A stretch of DNA of 64,000 nucleotides from Octopus sinensis (GCF_006345805.1 NC_043012.1:13950001-14014000); one strand, 5' to 3'; shown: positions 26,008 to 41,305, counted from the stretch's first letter. The notes: a model not told the origin generated them from the sequence alone. Program-made: numbers and translations.

Positions 26008-26152
26008 GTATTACAACGATTTGGTTGTCTCTAGGCTATAGTAGAAAGCTTTTACCCACTGTGCCTGAGCCCTGAACCAAGTGGCTGGGAAGCAATTTTC
26101 TTATCACCCACCCATGCCAGTGCCTACATTACATGTATATATGCATATATAT

Positions 26153-26210
<58 letters not shown>

Positions 26211-26311
26211 AGTCATATATATATATATATATTTTGATTTTGATTTTGATTTTCCAGTTTCAGCTAATGAGCTGTGGCCATGCTGGGGCACCGCCATATA
26301 TATATATTTTT

Positions 26312-26441
26312 TTTATTTTATAGAAGGAGCTTCTACAGGACTAGAGCTGTTTCATTCAAAAGAAATCATCAGGAAGCTTCCTGATGATTTCTTTTGAATG
26401 AAACAGTTCTAGTCCTGTAGAAGCTCCTTCTATAAAATAAA
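26312..26441. ncRNA. 130-bp palindrome encoding a type I hammerhead on each strand (plus 26372-26428, minus 26325-26381)
   Basis: Centre at aag|ctt (26376/26377) with a single G.T mismatch. Plus strand reads ggaagcuuc-CUGAUGA-u uuc uuuu gaa u-GAA-acag uucuaguc cugu-A-gaagcucc, with a GUA site at 26419. Stem II lacks the usual G-C closing pair. Confidence 0.75.
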
Positions 26442-26512
26442 TTAATTTACTCTGCTATGTATTGAGTACCTTATTTACTGTGGTTAACCCCGACTCAACC
26501 CGGGACCTACAT

Positions 26513-26515
26513 ATT

Positions 26516-26613
<98 letters not shown>

Positions 26614-26725
26614 AATATATACATATATTATATATATATATTATATATATATACATATATTATATATATATATTATATATATATATACATCTATTATATA
26701 TTATTATATATTAATATATATATAC

Positions 26726-26805
<80 letters not shown>

Positions 26806-26850
26806 TATATATATACATGTATATATGCATATATATGTATGGTCACACAT
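26513..26850. repeat. Long imperfect (TA)n tract
   Basis: Directly visible. Confidence 0.95.
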
Positions 26851-27758
26851 ACATATATAGATAGACAGGCAGGTAGAACAGACAGACAGTCATACGGCAT
26901 ACTTAACAAGGTAGTTGCTTGGTAAAACAAATACAAAGGTTGAACCGCTATACAATGCAAAATTTTTAGATGAAAAGTTCTCGTACAGGTTTATATAATT
27001 ATCGTTTAACTTTTGCGTTTGTTTTCAACTTGCATATTTACATTGACAGAGATACTCGTCACTTACTTCTATAAACTATCTTAATCATTTGCTTGTGACA
27101 CTGGAACTGTGCGAAAGTGTTATATATCTTGATTAATGGTTTTAAAACAATTTCATTAAATTTTGTCACACAGTATTCCCTTACGAAGAAAATATTTTAT
27201 TATTTGCATTTTGCGAATAATTCATACATCACAATATTTCGTTACCGAAAGGAAGTGAATTTCGGCAACCTCCTGCTGTTATATATATGAATGTTGGCAA
27301 CATGTTAAAACTAATTTATTAACAATGTTTCTTTAGGAATCTGCTTCATCCTTCCAGATTTCAAATCTCATATTATCAGTTGGGTGTCTTTTACATATAG
27401 CTCTACCTAATATAAAAAGCTGACTGCGCAAATTAACAGTATATATATACACACATGGAAAAAATGAGATAGAGTAATATGTAAAATGCTTCCAACCGAC
27501 GATAACTCTGTAGAAAGCAGGAACAAAGTTATTACCTGCAAAGAAAACCAGCTACAAGAAAGCCTCCGCAAATCTACCACGAAAGTAATCTAAGTATTAC
27601 ATACTGGTTCTTTAAAATTCCGATTGTAAGACAATATCCGTAAAATCTACGAAAACAATAATTCTAATGGACGTATTTGTCACTCATCCATTAAGCCGCA
27701 GGTTTGTCGCTATACTTGAGAGCTGTCTTTACTTAGAACATAATCTGCTTTGAATAGT

Positions 27759-27991
27759 AAGGCTACGAGCTGGCAGAAACGTTAACACGCCGGGCGAAAT
27801 GCGTAGCCGTATTTCGTCTGCCGTTACGTACTGAGTTCAAATTACGCCGAGGACGACTTTGCCTTTCATCCTTTTGGGGTCGATAAATTAAGTACCAATT
27901 ACGCGCTGGGATCGATGTAATCGACTTAATCCCTTTGTCTGTCCTTGTTTGTCCCGTTTATGTTTAGCCCCTTGTGGGCAATAAAGAAATA
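27759..27991 (+). mobile_element. SINE family A
   Basis: Matches 794-1025 and 10729-10961. Confidence 0.9.
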
Positions 27992-28539
27992 CGTATCTAC
28001 TCTAATTCACTGTAAAATATTTATTTTTTCTGGTGCCCCAGCATGGCCCCCGCCTAAGGGCTAAAACGTATAAGAGTATAAAAGAATAATAGAACACTGA
28101 AGCATTGTGAAAGGATTCAAAGATTCAAGCAATAAAATAAAGGTTTCCGTACGAGATTCATTGTTCCTGTTCTCGTTATGGTTTTATATTATTTACATTG
28201 AAGTATGTTGTTTAAAGCCTGCCCATAGTATTCGGCTACCTGATGGATGATTATGTCGGTGGATTTCCATCAAGAATTCCTTTATGTGCGGAGAGATTAT
28301 ATTGGAAAATGTGAGACAGAAAATGAAATTCACTGAACTCTTTATTCATAACCATCACGACTGGTTCAAACGTTTTCTCAGGCGACTTTTTTCGTTCCGT
28401 TTCGCTTATTTCTATAACAATACACTTTTTTTTAATGTAATTGTGTCTTATCGATGTATTATATTTTGTTTATTATTTTATTTGTGTGCGTGTGTGTGTA
28501 TGCGTGTTTGTATGTGTGTGTGTATGTGTGTATATTTAT

Positions 28540-28757
28540 TTATCTGTGTCTGTGTTTGACTCCCACCATCACTTGTCAACGAATGTTGGTGAGTTTTCGT
28601 TTCCGAAACGTAGCTGTTCGACAAAGAGACTGATAGAATAAGAACTAAGTTTACAAAGAATAAATTCAGAGGTCGATCATTTTTACTCAAAAACACTTAA
28701 TGGCGGTGCTCCATTATGGCCGCAGTCAAATGCCTGAAACGAGTAGAAGAATAGAAT
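28540..28757 (+). mobile_element. SINE family B 3' half, diverged
   Basis: ccaccatcacttgtcaacga...ggcggtgctccattatggccgcagtcaaatgcctgaaac. Confidence 0.8.
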
Positions 28758-30218
28758 TATATATATATATATATATATAAATTACATCTACATTATTATG
28801 AATAAATTCCTCGTCTCTGAGTATAAAATCTCTCCTCATATCTCCGGAAATTACACCTGCATTATTATGGATGGATTTACCTTTTCTGTGAAACTAACAA
28901 ACTTTTTTAAAAACCTTTTATAAAACTGTGCATCATTAGACAACTTTTGAAGTCTGCTTACAATCTAATTTTGCTTTTTATAGAACCTCTCTTTTTATAG
29001 AACTCTCTTCGATACTTCATGAGTGTAGCCTCATCCCCTAGGATGTTTGGAAAACTCATATGTGTTTTGGCTGATCAATACAGGACACTTGTATTTGCTG
29101 CAATATTTGCAGCCTTTAATAAAGCTGTTCTTCGTATGAAACAATTGTACTGAACAACTAATCAATTCTTGTTGCTTTTTTCTTGTATATATATATTATA
29201 TATATAATATATGTATATAATATATATATGTATATGTATGTATATTAGCCCATCCTTCCAACTTTTCTGCACAGTATTCCTGGGCGAGTTGTGGGGTTAG
29301 AATCATCACATACCACCTGTATAGGGTTCTATAATGTACACATACATACATACATACATACATACATACATACATACATACATACATACATACATGTTGT
29401 CTACACTGTATGTGCAATTATTTTTTTCTCTTTTATATTCATCTTGCAGAGTATGTTTGGCACTAAAATTTCCTTGACTGATTTGCCCGTATTTCTGGGA
29501 CATGTGTGAAATTCATGCTCACTATGAAAGGTTTATACGAACCTACAAAATATTATATATATTTGATTACTTATAAAAGCATTGTTGAGTGTTAGTTTTC
29601 TTACTGTTTATAATTTTTATATATGTTCACTACATTTCCAGGATTTACGAGATCATATCAGACGTGATGCTTAATGGAAATATTTTCACTTACTAAGCCA
29701 TCGTAAATGTAATGCACATATCTTGTAATCCTCGCTGATGCTTTCAAAGATGAAGTTAGTTTCAATTTCATGTTTGGCTGGGGAAAATGGATTTCTTACA
29801 TAATCACTAAAACAATTTCGTTAAAGTCCATTCCATGATAGCAATACCATTACATACTAGAAATTATATATGATCATAAGGAATGATATGCAATCAGATT
29901 AAAGTGTATGTTACTTGTTTCATATCTGAACAGATGTGACTCTAAATAAATTGCATAATGCATTTCTTTTAACTTTCTACCTCGTCTATTTATCTAATAG
30001 TCACAGAGAGGTGGTTAGACAAGCATACAGCTAGATAAGAGGGAAGTTAAAAGCATATGTACATACATAAACACACATACACACAACACATACATATATA
30101 CGTATTTATACGCATAGATCAGTCTATGTTAACATATAAGTCAATATATATATGTTTTATGACACACAGTGACCTAAGTAAATATTGCAGATGGTGTGAC
30201 CAGTTAAAACACCGATCG

Positions 30219-30274
<56 letters not shown>

Positions 30275-30429
30275 ATGCGCGCATGTCTGAGTGTGTGTGT
30301 GTGTGTATGAGGGGGTGTGTGTTTTGCAGCTGTGTATCATGTTTGTATGTATGGATGTGTATCTCCATGTGTGGACGTGTGTCTCTATATGTACCCTTGA
30401 GTGAAGTAAAGCGTGTGTGTATATATCTT

Positions 30430-30652
30430 TGACTTGTTTCAGTCATTTGACTGCGGCCATGCTGGAACACCGCCTTTAGTCGGGCAAACCGACCCCAGAA
30501 CTTATTCTTTGTAAGCCTAGTACTTATTCTGCCGGTTTCTTTTGCCGAACCGCTAAGTTACAGGGACGTAAACACACCAGCATCGGTTGTCAAGCGATGT
30601 TGGGGCGACAAACACAGACACAAATACACACACATACACGCGCAAATATATA

Positions 30653-30705
<53 letters not shown>

Positions 30706-30866
30706 TACGACGGACTTCTTTCAGTTTCCGTCTACCAAATCCACTTACAAGGCTTTGGTCGGCCCGAGGCTATAGTAGAAGACACTTGCCCAAGGTGCCA
30801 CGCATTGGAACTGATCCCGGAACCATGTGGTTGGCAAGCAAGCTACTTACCACACAGCCACTCCTG
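30430..30866 (-). mobile_element. SINE family B, full length
   Basis: Reverse complement of the head and tail of 9010-9495. Confidence 0.9.
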
Positions 30867-31258
30867 GTCATGTGTTTCAGTTTTCATTTGTGTATGCATG
30901 CGTATGTGTGTTTGTCTGTTCATATACTAAGTTAAAAATCTAAAGGAAGTCATACATCGTGTTTGCTCTACACGCCTCCTTGTAATTCTGAAGTTAATAC
31001 AGTCATAAATATGAAAAATTGTTATTGATTGATAAGTTTTTAATGATTATTTTGTTGAATGAATGAGCATTAATTATTTGCTCGGTATCGTGATGAATAA
31101 AATAAATTTTTATGCAAAGAGTTTATATTCCAGTAGATTTGAGAGCTGTTACCAGAATCAAAATTTTATTGAAATCATAAATACTGTATAACACCTTTGC
31201 CTCTTTCTTTTTATATCAATAAGACTATTGCCAGCACATTAAAAAACTCAGTGTTATG

Positions 31259-31309
<51 letters not shown>

Positions 31310-31723
31310 ATCTATCTATCTATCTCTATCTATCTATCTATCTATATATCTATCTATCTATATATCTATCTACCTATCTATCTATTTCTTTTTCTATATA
31401 TACTGGCGAAAATACAGTTAAGACCGATGATAAAGGTTCTATTTCTTACAAAACATTTTGTTACTAACAGCATACAAATTATTTTTATCCTTTACACCTT
31501 ATACAGAATTTATTTCTCCTTCGAATGATGCAGATAATAACTATTTTTATACAACTTGAAGAATTCTAATGCTAAATTAATATAATTGTGTCAAATTTAC
31601 CAGCAAAATTAGTTTAAGATCTTGTAATATGTATGCAATTTTTTTTTGCCAAAATGGGTGGTCACACAACTAGCCTAACTGCACTATATAGTGTTATAAT
31701 TTAATGTTATTATACAATTTATT

Positions 31724-32478
31724 AATAATGGGAAAACTACGTTGCCTCAGTCCAGTCACGAGAGCAAAAATCGTATTATTCCACCAGCAAGACACTAAAG
31801 TGCAGTAAAACAGCTTGCGTGCAAGTGTTGAAGTTATACTAGGAGACTGGCAAGTATAAAGATCGGCAAAGGACTGGCACCCCAAGAATAACGACGGCGC
31901 AGTTAGACCGTCGAATCCTCCGAATTTGAGAAGACAACCGAATGCTGACAGCTGTAAACGCCACAAACCTTCTGCAACCGTTTGAGAGAATTTGGACTAC
32001 ATGGACGAATCGCTAGGAAAAAGCCAATAATATCCGAAAGAAATTGACTCAAACGCCCTAATTTCGCAAAAAGCCATGCTCAATAAACTGCCGAAGATTG
32101 GTGCAGGGTCCTTTAGAGAGACGAGTTCGCTTCTGTACCAGATGGTAAAACATACGTCAGACGTCACCCAACCGAGGAATTCCATCCGAAATGCGCGAAA
32201 AACATGGCGCAAGCGGGGGTAGGGGTTTGATGGTGTGGGCGGCATTTAGTAGCTTCGGTGTTGGCCCTCTAGTTAAAGTTGATGGAAAGCTAAATAGTGT
32301 AGGTTATGTGAATCTACTAAATGATAATGTGCCATATTTAACTCACCAAATGCCTCCGGGGGCTATTTATCAGGACAATAGTCCTGTGCACAAAGCAAAA
32401 AGGTTATGGAGTTTTTTGATCACCATAATATTGAGCAAGAAAATTTTCTATGTTGAATTACCACCCGCAGCCACGTGA
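31724..32478 (+). pseudogene. Tc1-like DD34E transposase remnant
   Basis: Fragments read LY*ETGKYKDRQRTGTPRITTAQLDRRI, RDE...DGKTYVRRHPTEEFHPKC, GLMVWAAFSSFGVGPLVKVDGKLNS and YQDNSPVHKA. Confidence 0.85.
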
Positions 32479-33254
32479 AGAACATTTCCATGCAGTTCTG
32501 AGTAGGAAAACCATCTTCTCCATACATGGCATAAATATCTCGAGACACGTTGGCAGCTTTGAAACCTTGACTAAAAGCGTTAATCAGATATCCAAAATTA
32601 TTTCTTTCCTACAAGACACTCCTTTGTAATATATCTGAAGAAAAAAAGTAAAATTATTCAAATTTTAAAAGCAATTGACAGAGAATAGGTCTATAAAAAA
32701 ACTATTAAAGGCTATTAAAATAATTTTTCTCTTTAAAAGAAATAATATTGGAAAGAATTGAATGAATTTCATCGTAGAATATGCATGTTTTTACGTATGC
32801 TGTGTATGTATGTATGTATGTATGTATGTATCTATGTATCTATGTATCAGCCAATATGTATTTTTATATGAATGTATGTTTTGTTTGTCTGCATGTATGT
32901 GTGGATATGTATATATGTGTGTTACAGATGAGTTTAAAAGTAAAGCAAAATGAAAAAACAGAATCAGCTGGAAACTTCTGGTGGATAAATATTCAAGTAA
33001 TAAAAAATAGGAATCTACGACTTTTAGTGAGAGAAATATTATAAATATTATATCTGAGTGAAAGATTTCAAAGGAACATTCTCAATAAATGCATCTCAAT
33101 TTTATGAAATTTCAATTTAGTCAAATATATTGTACTTTAATAGATAGGAAACCACAAGATATCAGACATTAAAAACGATCTAGTGTCCAATGATACGACG
33201 AAATTATTGCAATGCCATCGAAAGACATAGGAAGACATTGATGTATATATATAT

Positions 33255-33309
<55 letters not shown>

Positions 33310-33404
33310 ATTTTAAATTTTATGAATTATATGGAGTATTATTTACTCTTGTTTGATAACAACAGAATTATATACATTACTATGAGTATTAAAATAGAAT
33401 GTGT

Positions 33405-33860
33405 TGAAAGCTACGAGCTGACAGGAGCGTTAGTGCAGCGGGCAAAATATTGAGCGGTATTTCTTTCAACGAGCCGGCAGAAACGTGAGCACGCCGGGTG
33501 AAATGCTTAGCGGTATTTCGCCTGCCGTTACGTTCTGAGTTCAAATTCCGCCGAGGTCGACTTTGCCTTTCATCCTTTTGGGTCGATAAATTAAGTACCA
33601 GATACGTACTGGGGTCGATGTAATTGACTTAATCCGTTTGTCTGTCCTTGTTTGTCTCTTCTGTGTTTAGCCTCTTGTGGGTAGTAAAGAAATAGGTATT
33701 TCTTTCGACTTTAAATTCTGAGTTCAAATGCTGCCAGTGTCACCTTTGCCTATCAACATTTCTGGGCCGATAAAATAACTACCAGTTGAACAGTGAGTTC
33801 GATGTAATCGACTCACCACCCGCTTCACACAAAACCGCGAGTATTGTGTCAAAATTTGAA
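33405..33860 (+). mobile_element. Nested SINE family A: younger copy (33468-33694) inside an older copy, 12-bp TSD ggtatttctttc
   Basis: Two heads are present, with identical repeats at 33456-33467 and 33695-33706. Confidence 0.88.
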
Positions 33861-34389
33861 GCCAATATAGAATGTGTTGATTGTGGCGAGACGGCGGAAG
33901 CGTTAGCGCGCCGGTTAAACAGCTTAGCGCTATAGTGTAGTTATAGTATTCGAGTGTTTAAAATTATTTCTTTATTTCCTTTTGACACGGTTGAAACATC
34001 CCCACCAGAACCTTGCAGTTTCACCCGAAAATTATGTGCAAAACATCTTACAAAATTTATTAAGTTGACAATTTCTAAACCGGTGGGTTTCGCACGTATG
34101 GCGAGAATGACTGAATTTCGCGAGCTATCATTTTATAGGCTATGGAGTTTGACAAAGTATCAATAGCCTTTTAATGGGTTTCAAGAGTATTACCTATAGG
34201 GAGTTAAAACCACTCTTTAGACATGCATAAGAATATAGAAGAAAGACTAAATATAGGATTCTATACCAGCAAAGACCTGAATATTTATCACAATAATTTA
34301 CTGCGAGTTTCACTGGGAAAAGATTCTTTCAAACTGTGATAGTTTGTATTACCCACTCCTTCATCGAAATTTTGAAATAACTACCAATA

Positions 34390-35205
34390 ACGAGATGAGC
34401 TGTCACAAACCACAGAGGCTGGACAAAGTTGGAAAACTGTGAGAGTGGTTACATGAAGAAAAGGTGAGTTAACCAATGGGATACTCTCCAAGCAGACAGT
34501 AAAACTGACTGGAATGCCTGAGGGAACTGTTTGGCGCCGATGATGTTTGTGGTTTCTCGTTCGGTCATGCCATTAGTTACACAGACGGTCACACTACCAG
34601 TGCCTACGATACAAATGCAGCACAGACAGTCAAGGAATATGTCGATACTATCTTCAACAAGATCTAGATGATTTATATAAATGTGTTGAAGAATACGAAA
34701 TTTAATGTAGGAAAAATCTAAGCCTGCTCCTATCAGACAGCGTGCTCTAGCATGCCGCAATAAAGATATTTTGGACTAAATGTTGCAGCAATCCCAGAGA
34801 CAAACACAGTGCTTAACGTGTGGATTGATATGAACAACGGCGCCTCATCTGATGCATATATCTCCGAGATGGTGGCGATGTCCAGGTGAATGGCCACATG
34901 CATTCAGAAAACTTTCGGAGCAAAGAACCACTAAACTAAACTGGTTATATGGAGGTTATTTTTACTCACCTATCTGCACTTCTGTTCTCAACTATTTTTA
35001 CCCCGCAGTGTCAAATTAATAACGGAACTTGAGGCAGCTGAGCGGCGCTGCACGAGGAAGACTGCATTAACAGAAAGACTGGGCTTCTGCGAGAGACTGA
35101 AAGATATATGGCTCTAGTCCCTGGAGCATAGGCGTGAGAGATATGCGGAATATCCGAGAGAGCATAGCACCAAACTTTGGCATCGAGAGTTATACCAGCC
35201 CCTGC
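34390..35205 (+). pseudogene. CR1/L2-type LINE reverse transcriptase C-terminal remnant
   Basis: Fragments read GMPEGTV-APMMFV, LQQDLDDLYK, FNVGK and LEAAERRCTRK...ERLKD..*SLEHRRERY. Confidence 0.8.
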
Positions 35206-35304
35206 AGGAAGAGCTAACTCTCTCCTTTCTTCGTGCGTCGTATTAATACATCACTTGTGCTGTCCTCACGTGTGCTTTTTTTCTTTTACTTTTCCTATTT
35301 TTAA

Positions 35305-35384
<80 letters not shown>

Positions 35385-35590
35385 TTACGGAGATGTAATC
35401 GCATAGCAAGTAATTTGATCTGAGATCGTGTGCTGAAACGAAAACAATTGCAGCGTGGAAGGTGTTTATAAGCCATTTAAGAAACACACAAAAGCCGTTC
35501 GATTCACTTCAACATTTAAGTTTAATTTGTCAAAATATTTTCGTCGCTAAAATCCGCGACCTGTTCACTGACAAAAATCCGTGCTGCATA
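35385..35590 (-). mobile_element. Repeat end shared with 55680-55765 (probable SINE/LINE tail)
   Basis: attacggagatgta..gcatagcaagt...ctgagatcgtgtgctg.aacgaaaacaattgcagcgtg is present at both loci directly after (TA)n. Confidence 0.6.
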
Positions 35591-36615
35591 CATACATACA
35601 CATATACATACATACATACATACATACATACATACATACATACATACATACTTATAGATATAAAGTGTACAATAGAATATTATAGCTATGGCGCCTGCAA
35701 ACACAGGAAATATAAAATTTTACCCCTTAGAGAATTGTGAGCTTTAAAATATATTTATGTAATTGTATATGACTCAATAAAATGACAAACGGCAAATTTT
35801 CATGAAAATATAGAATTTTTGATTTTTTGAAAATTTCTATGAGAATTATTCCATTTCAAAAGAATGCAAAAATACAAGTAGTTAACCATGTCACATCTGG
35901 CTTCTAAATCAGAACCTTATCGTAAATTATTGTCCTATTAATTGGCCGTCTGAACGAAGACCACGCAATACAACTGAAATATCTGGCTTCTTGTCATGAT
36001 TTGTCGAATCGGTATTCCCCACATGGTTTCTAGAAACACATGCTGCATAAATGTTCTCATAAGCGCATATGTAACAGGAGGGTACACAGACACATAGCTG
36101 TGTCAATATCGATACGTACGGGTGTTGGTATGAATATGTATAGTGGTAGGCGGTAGTATAAGAAGGTGTGCATATATGCACGCACTCGTGCCTGTATCTA
36201 GGGTTTATGGAAGTATACATAGAAAAGTATATATTTGCGCAAACATGACTTACTATAGAAGCATATTTCTCAATCAGACTTTACCAGAGGCCTATAAATC
36301 CTAAGGCCATTAACCCGGTTTCCGTTTGACCGGAATCACAACATTACCCCATGAAAGTGACAACCGTTCATTGCAGTGTTCAAAGCCAGCAATTATGATG
36401 TGAGTGCATATGTCGATAACATCGGCCCCCAACACGGGACTGGAATCACGAAGGTTTGAGACAAACTTCATCTTAACGTGATTTTAACTTAAAACGTAAA
36501 GCTAACGGTTCTACCTGTTCAAAAGATTGTGCATGTATGTAGATATCTATTTTAATTCTATTTTTACACACATACACACACACAAACACACACAAACATA
36601 TACATACAAACACAC

Positions 36616-36663
<48 letters not shown>

Positions 36664-38142
36664 ATGTGTGTGTGTGTGTGTGTGTATGTGTGTGTGTGTA
36701 TACATGCCTATTTACATATATATATATGCGCATGTGTTTGTATGTGTATGAATGTGTATATGTCATATCATTATAACTAGCTCATTCAAGTGCTAATTTA
36801 GGCGGTTAATGAGTGACGTAGCTTTGATGTTGTGAATAACAGTTAAAAGTTTTATTGCAGATACGACGATTGAACTTCAATCAGGCAGGCGATGCAAGAA
36901 ACTTTCTCTGGCTTATTCAACTCTATTATTAATAAATGTATTTATATTTATATGTGTATACAACCTTTATAAATATCAATACAAATACGTATATTAACAT
37001 ATTATTATAATATAGTTACACACTCTTATATTGTTAATATATTGTTATAATATATTTATCTCGGCTGAGTGGTGTATACAGTGATCTGTGTGTGTGGGTG
37101 TGTGTGTGTGTGTGCGTGCGTGTGTCTGTGTTTATATGTACGTAAATGAGGATCTATCGGTTACAAATAGGCAGATCAAATAACGTATGATGGCTGGACA
37201 TAATGACACCATCAACAGATGAAAGAATTTTACAGAACAAAGAAAATCTCCAACGCAGAATAGCTGTGAAAATAGCTTAGAAGATCGGAGGGAAAAGGTG
37301 ACCAGTAAGTCGCTACATAGAATTGAACCCTGTTCCTCTCAAACTCCGGCTGATAGTTTGTTTATAAAAAATGTTCTCGGATGAAACAATCTATTCAAGT
37401 AGTGAAAGAGACTTCAAGGAATGGATATTTAGAGGGATTTTGGTATTTCGCAAATCCAGAAGAATTCACAGTTATATGGCACTTAAATCGTGACACAAAA
37501 GTGTTTCATTAACAAATTTTATTGTGGCGTAAACGTCATACAAATAGTTATGTATAGAAGTATAACAGAAAAAAGTTTATGCATGCGTTACATATAAACT
37601 CTGAAATTTTCCTATAATGTCATAGTTCAAATAAGTAGATGGTGATTTGACTTTATGTTGATTTCAAAACGGCACATGAAATCAATTGAAGAAACTACTT
37701 CCCAATATTGAAGTAGGCCAGTTTACAATTGGCCAGTCAAAACCTTGGGGATATTAACTACAACATGCAATCAATTCATAACAGAAAGTAGGGATGCTAA
37801 GACGAGTAAGTTTAATTACATGTAGTATAAAGTACATAACAGGCTAAACGTAGAGTAAACTAAATGGATTGTACCATCTCACAAAAGAACGTTTATCAAG
37901 TTGGGTGTCTTATAGTGAAATGTTAGCGTCGCCATTTTATTACTTACTAATATTGGCATCTGTCTACTATGCCAGACACCAAAATTTAGAAAACTACGGC
38001 TGCGTTAATCCATCAAGAGTCAACGGAGACAATAAAATCGGTTGTATTATGTAGAGTATGGAATATTGTCCGGCATACATATCTTGCCGAGGCTAGCATC
38101 TAAGCTAAACATGTATAAAAAGTTTGTTTAAAAGTATTAGAC

Positions 38143-38431
38143 CAGTGGTTCCCAAAGCGTTTTGGACTTGTGCCTGCTTGGCACCCAGACTGCATCCTTT
38201 TGTGCTCCCCTCCCCCATTAACCTTCACAAGCAGAGAACATTTTCTGCAGCAAATTCAATACAACCGTATTTCATTAAACAAATTTAACCTGATTGACCT
38301 ACTATGTTGTTTACTTTTACATCCACCACCCCTTTTCGCCATCCCATTATTGCCCCACACTTCTTCAACACCTCCCTGAATTTTTTCCACTGTCACCAGG
38401 CAAGCAATATTGCTTACTTTGAGAAACATTG
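38143..38431. mobile_element. hAT (Charlie-like) MITE, 289 bp
   Basis: TIRs cagtggttcccaaag and ctttgagaaacattg. 8-bp TSD tattagac (38135-38142) and tattagag (38432-38439). Confidence 0.82.
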
Positions 38432-38741
38432 TATTAGAGAATACCAAATGCCTAAATTAATGTCTTATCTATAAATAGAGTGAGTTAATATAGAGAGAAT
38501 TAATATATAGAAGACTATAAGAATTAGGGAAAAATTAGAAAATGATTGCAGAGAGATAAGGTTAACGTCATTAAAAATGAGAAAACATTTAGAGGAAAAC
38601 AATCGTAAACAAATACAAATTGAAAGAAATACAAATATAGTGGAATGTATACTGGAATAAATTTGATTGGTTCAGACACAATCAGTGAAAAGATCAAATT
38701 TGAGCATAGAGAGTTAATTCCAAACATACTTGATATCCAAT

Positions 38742-38808
<67 letters not shown>

Positions 38809-39084
38809 GTTATATTCTGATATAAGATTAATTATATAGCATGAATTAAAGAACCTAAGCGTATCGGAATGCTAAAGTTTAAATGAGATATCACTTGAAC
38901 TTATGCATGGAGATAAAAATAATTATAACTATAGAATTGAATCTATTCTCAGCTTAAAATATTTACACTTAGATTAAAAAAAATAATAAATGTAAAAGGA
39001 ATTACGAAGAAAGATGTGTAGGGAGCTTAAAGAAATAACGTCATACGAGGGGAAGATAATACAAATACGAATACAAAAGGGGTA

Positions 39085-39483
<399 letters not shown>

Positions 39484-40142
39484 TGTATATATACGTAAAT
39501 ACAGAAGGATGAAAATGAGTGCTCAACACCGCATTGGTTGATGGAATTTCATTATTTGTGAACTAAAGCAAGCATTGGTTTCATGTTAAGAAAAATAGGA
39601 AAGCATCTTAATGTCTTAACAAATTTTTCAAGCCGGTTACATGGAGGAATGGTGTTCGTCTCCATTTTGGATTAACAGAATGTCTCGTTGAATTCGCAGA
39701 GGTTCTCGTAAAGAAAACAACGAACCAACGAGGGAAAGAGTCCGATAGTAATTTGTGTGCATTATCTTATTTTATACTCTGGATATATATGTGTCGGCAT
39801 TGAAATATGGGTAGCCAATTATTAAGTACAGTCATTTTAGTTAATGTTTTTGTTTACTTTGTGATACGACACCTGCCAAGATAGACAAGACATAGACATT
39901 AGAACTGTTTCCTTATCAGTTTCATAGCATTCATAATAATAATATCGATATATAATGTTAGGGATTAATGCAATAGAAATGATGTAGATAGATGTAATGT
40001 AAATACATGTTGAAATATTGAGATACTAGGGATGATTAAAATACTGAGATAATAAAAAATTTATTTGAATTATATGACTTTATTTTATTTCTTTGATTAT
40101 ATCGTAAAAATGAACTACTATATCTAACTTGTAATATAGAAA

Positions 40143-40185
<43 letters not shown>

Positions 40186-41305
40186 CTCTGACCACCACAC
40201 ACTTTCACGCACAATATTTACCTCGTTTGCAAGCATACTCTATATTACTGTATTTTATTTGTTTGAATATATCGTAAAACTGAACTATATTTAACTTTGT
40301 AAGATAAAAAATTATATATATATATATATATATATATTTGAATGTATATATATATATATCTGACTCCCACACTCTTTTACGCACATTATTTCTCTCCTTC
40401 GCAAGCATCCTCTATATTTTTTGCAATATATTTTGCTGTTGAGCAAGGAGAGGTGGGGAGATAAATAGATATATGCTTGTATGTATGCTTGTGAGTATAT
40501 TGTTTTGTGTGTGTGTATATCTATGCGAGTAGATATATAGGGTGATATGAGTAATGTTTATTTCTTTTTAGTTTAGGAAAAGGAAATATGAGAGACAATC
40601 GAATTCGAGGCTGATGCGTAACAGGAGGAATTAAGTGGTGGTTCGATAGAGAATGTAAATAACAACATTACAGTGTACATTTCATGTTGAAAACTATTAA
40701 ATACAAAAAGAAAGCGAGAGAAAAATTGCACAAATAAGAGAAAGATAAATAATGAAAAGATATACAGTGATGTCGGCAGAGGGTCAGACAGAAAACTGCC
40801 GTTTCGTTTTCATATTAGAACGTCAATGTAAGTGACTAAATTACGGACTGTATATTGAAGATTAGGTCTATGTTCAGCCTCTCCAAAAGCAACTTCCTTC
40901 GACTAAAATGTGGGGTACTCGTGCAAGACCTAATCACATTTAAAGCAACGGTGGGGTGCTATGTTGCCAACTGCTATTTAGTTTCATAAATATAGATGAT
41001 TTTCGTGCTGGCAAAAATGCCGTACATTTTATTTGTAGAAGCAGTAAAGGGTTGTTTAGAGTAATTGTGAGTCATATCTTGGTCATTCTTTACAATTAAA
41101 TAATATAAAAATATCGAAAGATAGTTGTATTTTCTCTGAAATCATAAGAGATAGACGCAAATCAAAATATTGTCAAAAATTCATCCAGCAATTTACAATC
41201 GTTGATACTTTGTTCACTTTGTTGATGTTTATTATTTGGCAATTATCTTACATCTTTTTTCAATTTGCTTAACAATATAGTTTGTGTTGATCTATTGATC
41301 TATAG

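Noticed and set aside
27067-27106. Minus-strand AG...GTAAGT pseudo-exon (FQCHKQMIKIVYR)
   Set aside because: The peptide is unrecognised and there is no phase-compatible neighbouring exon. Such sites occur by chance.
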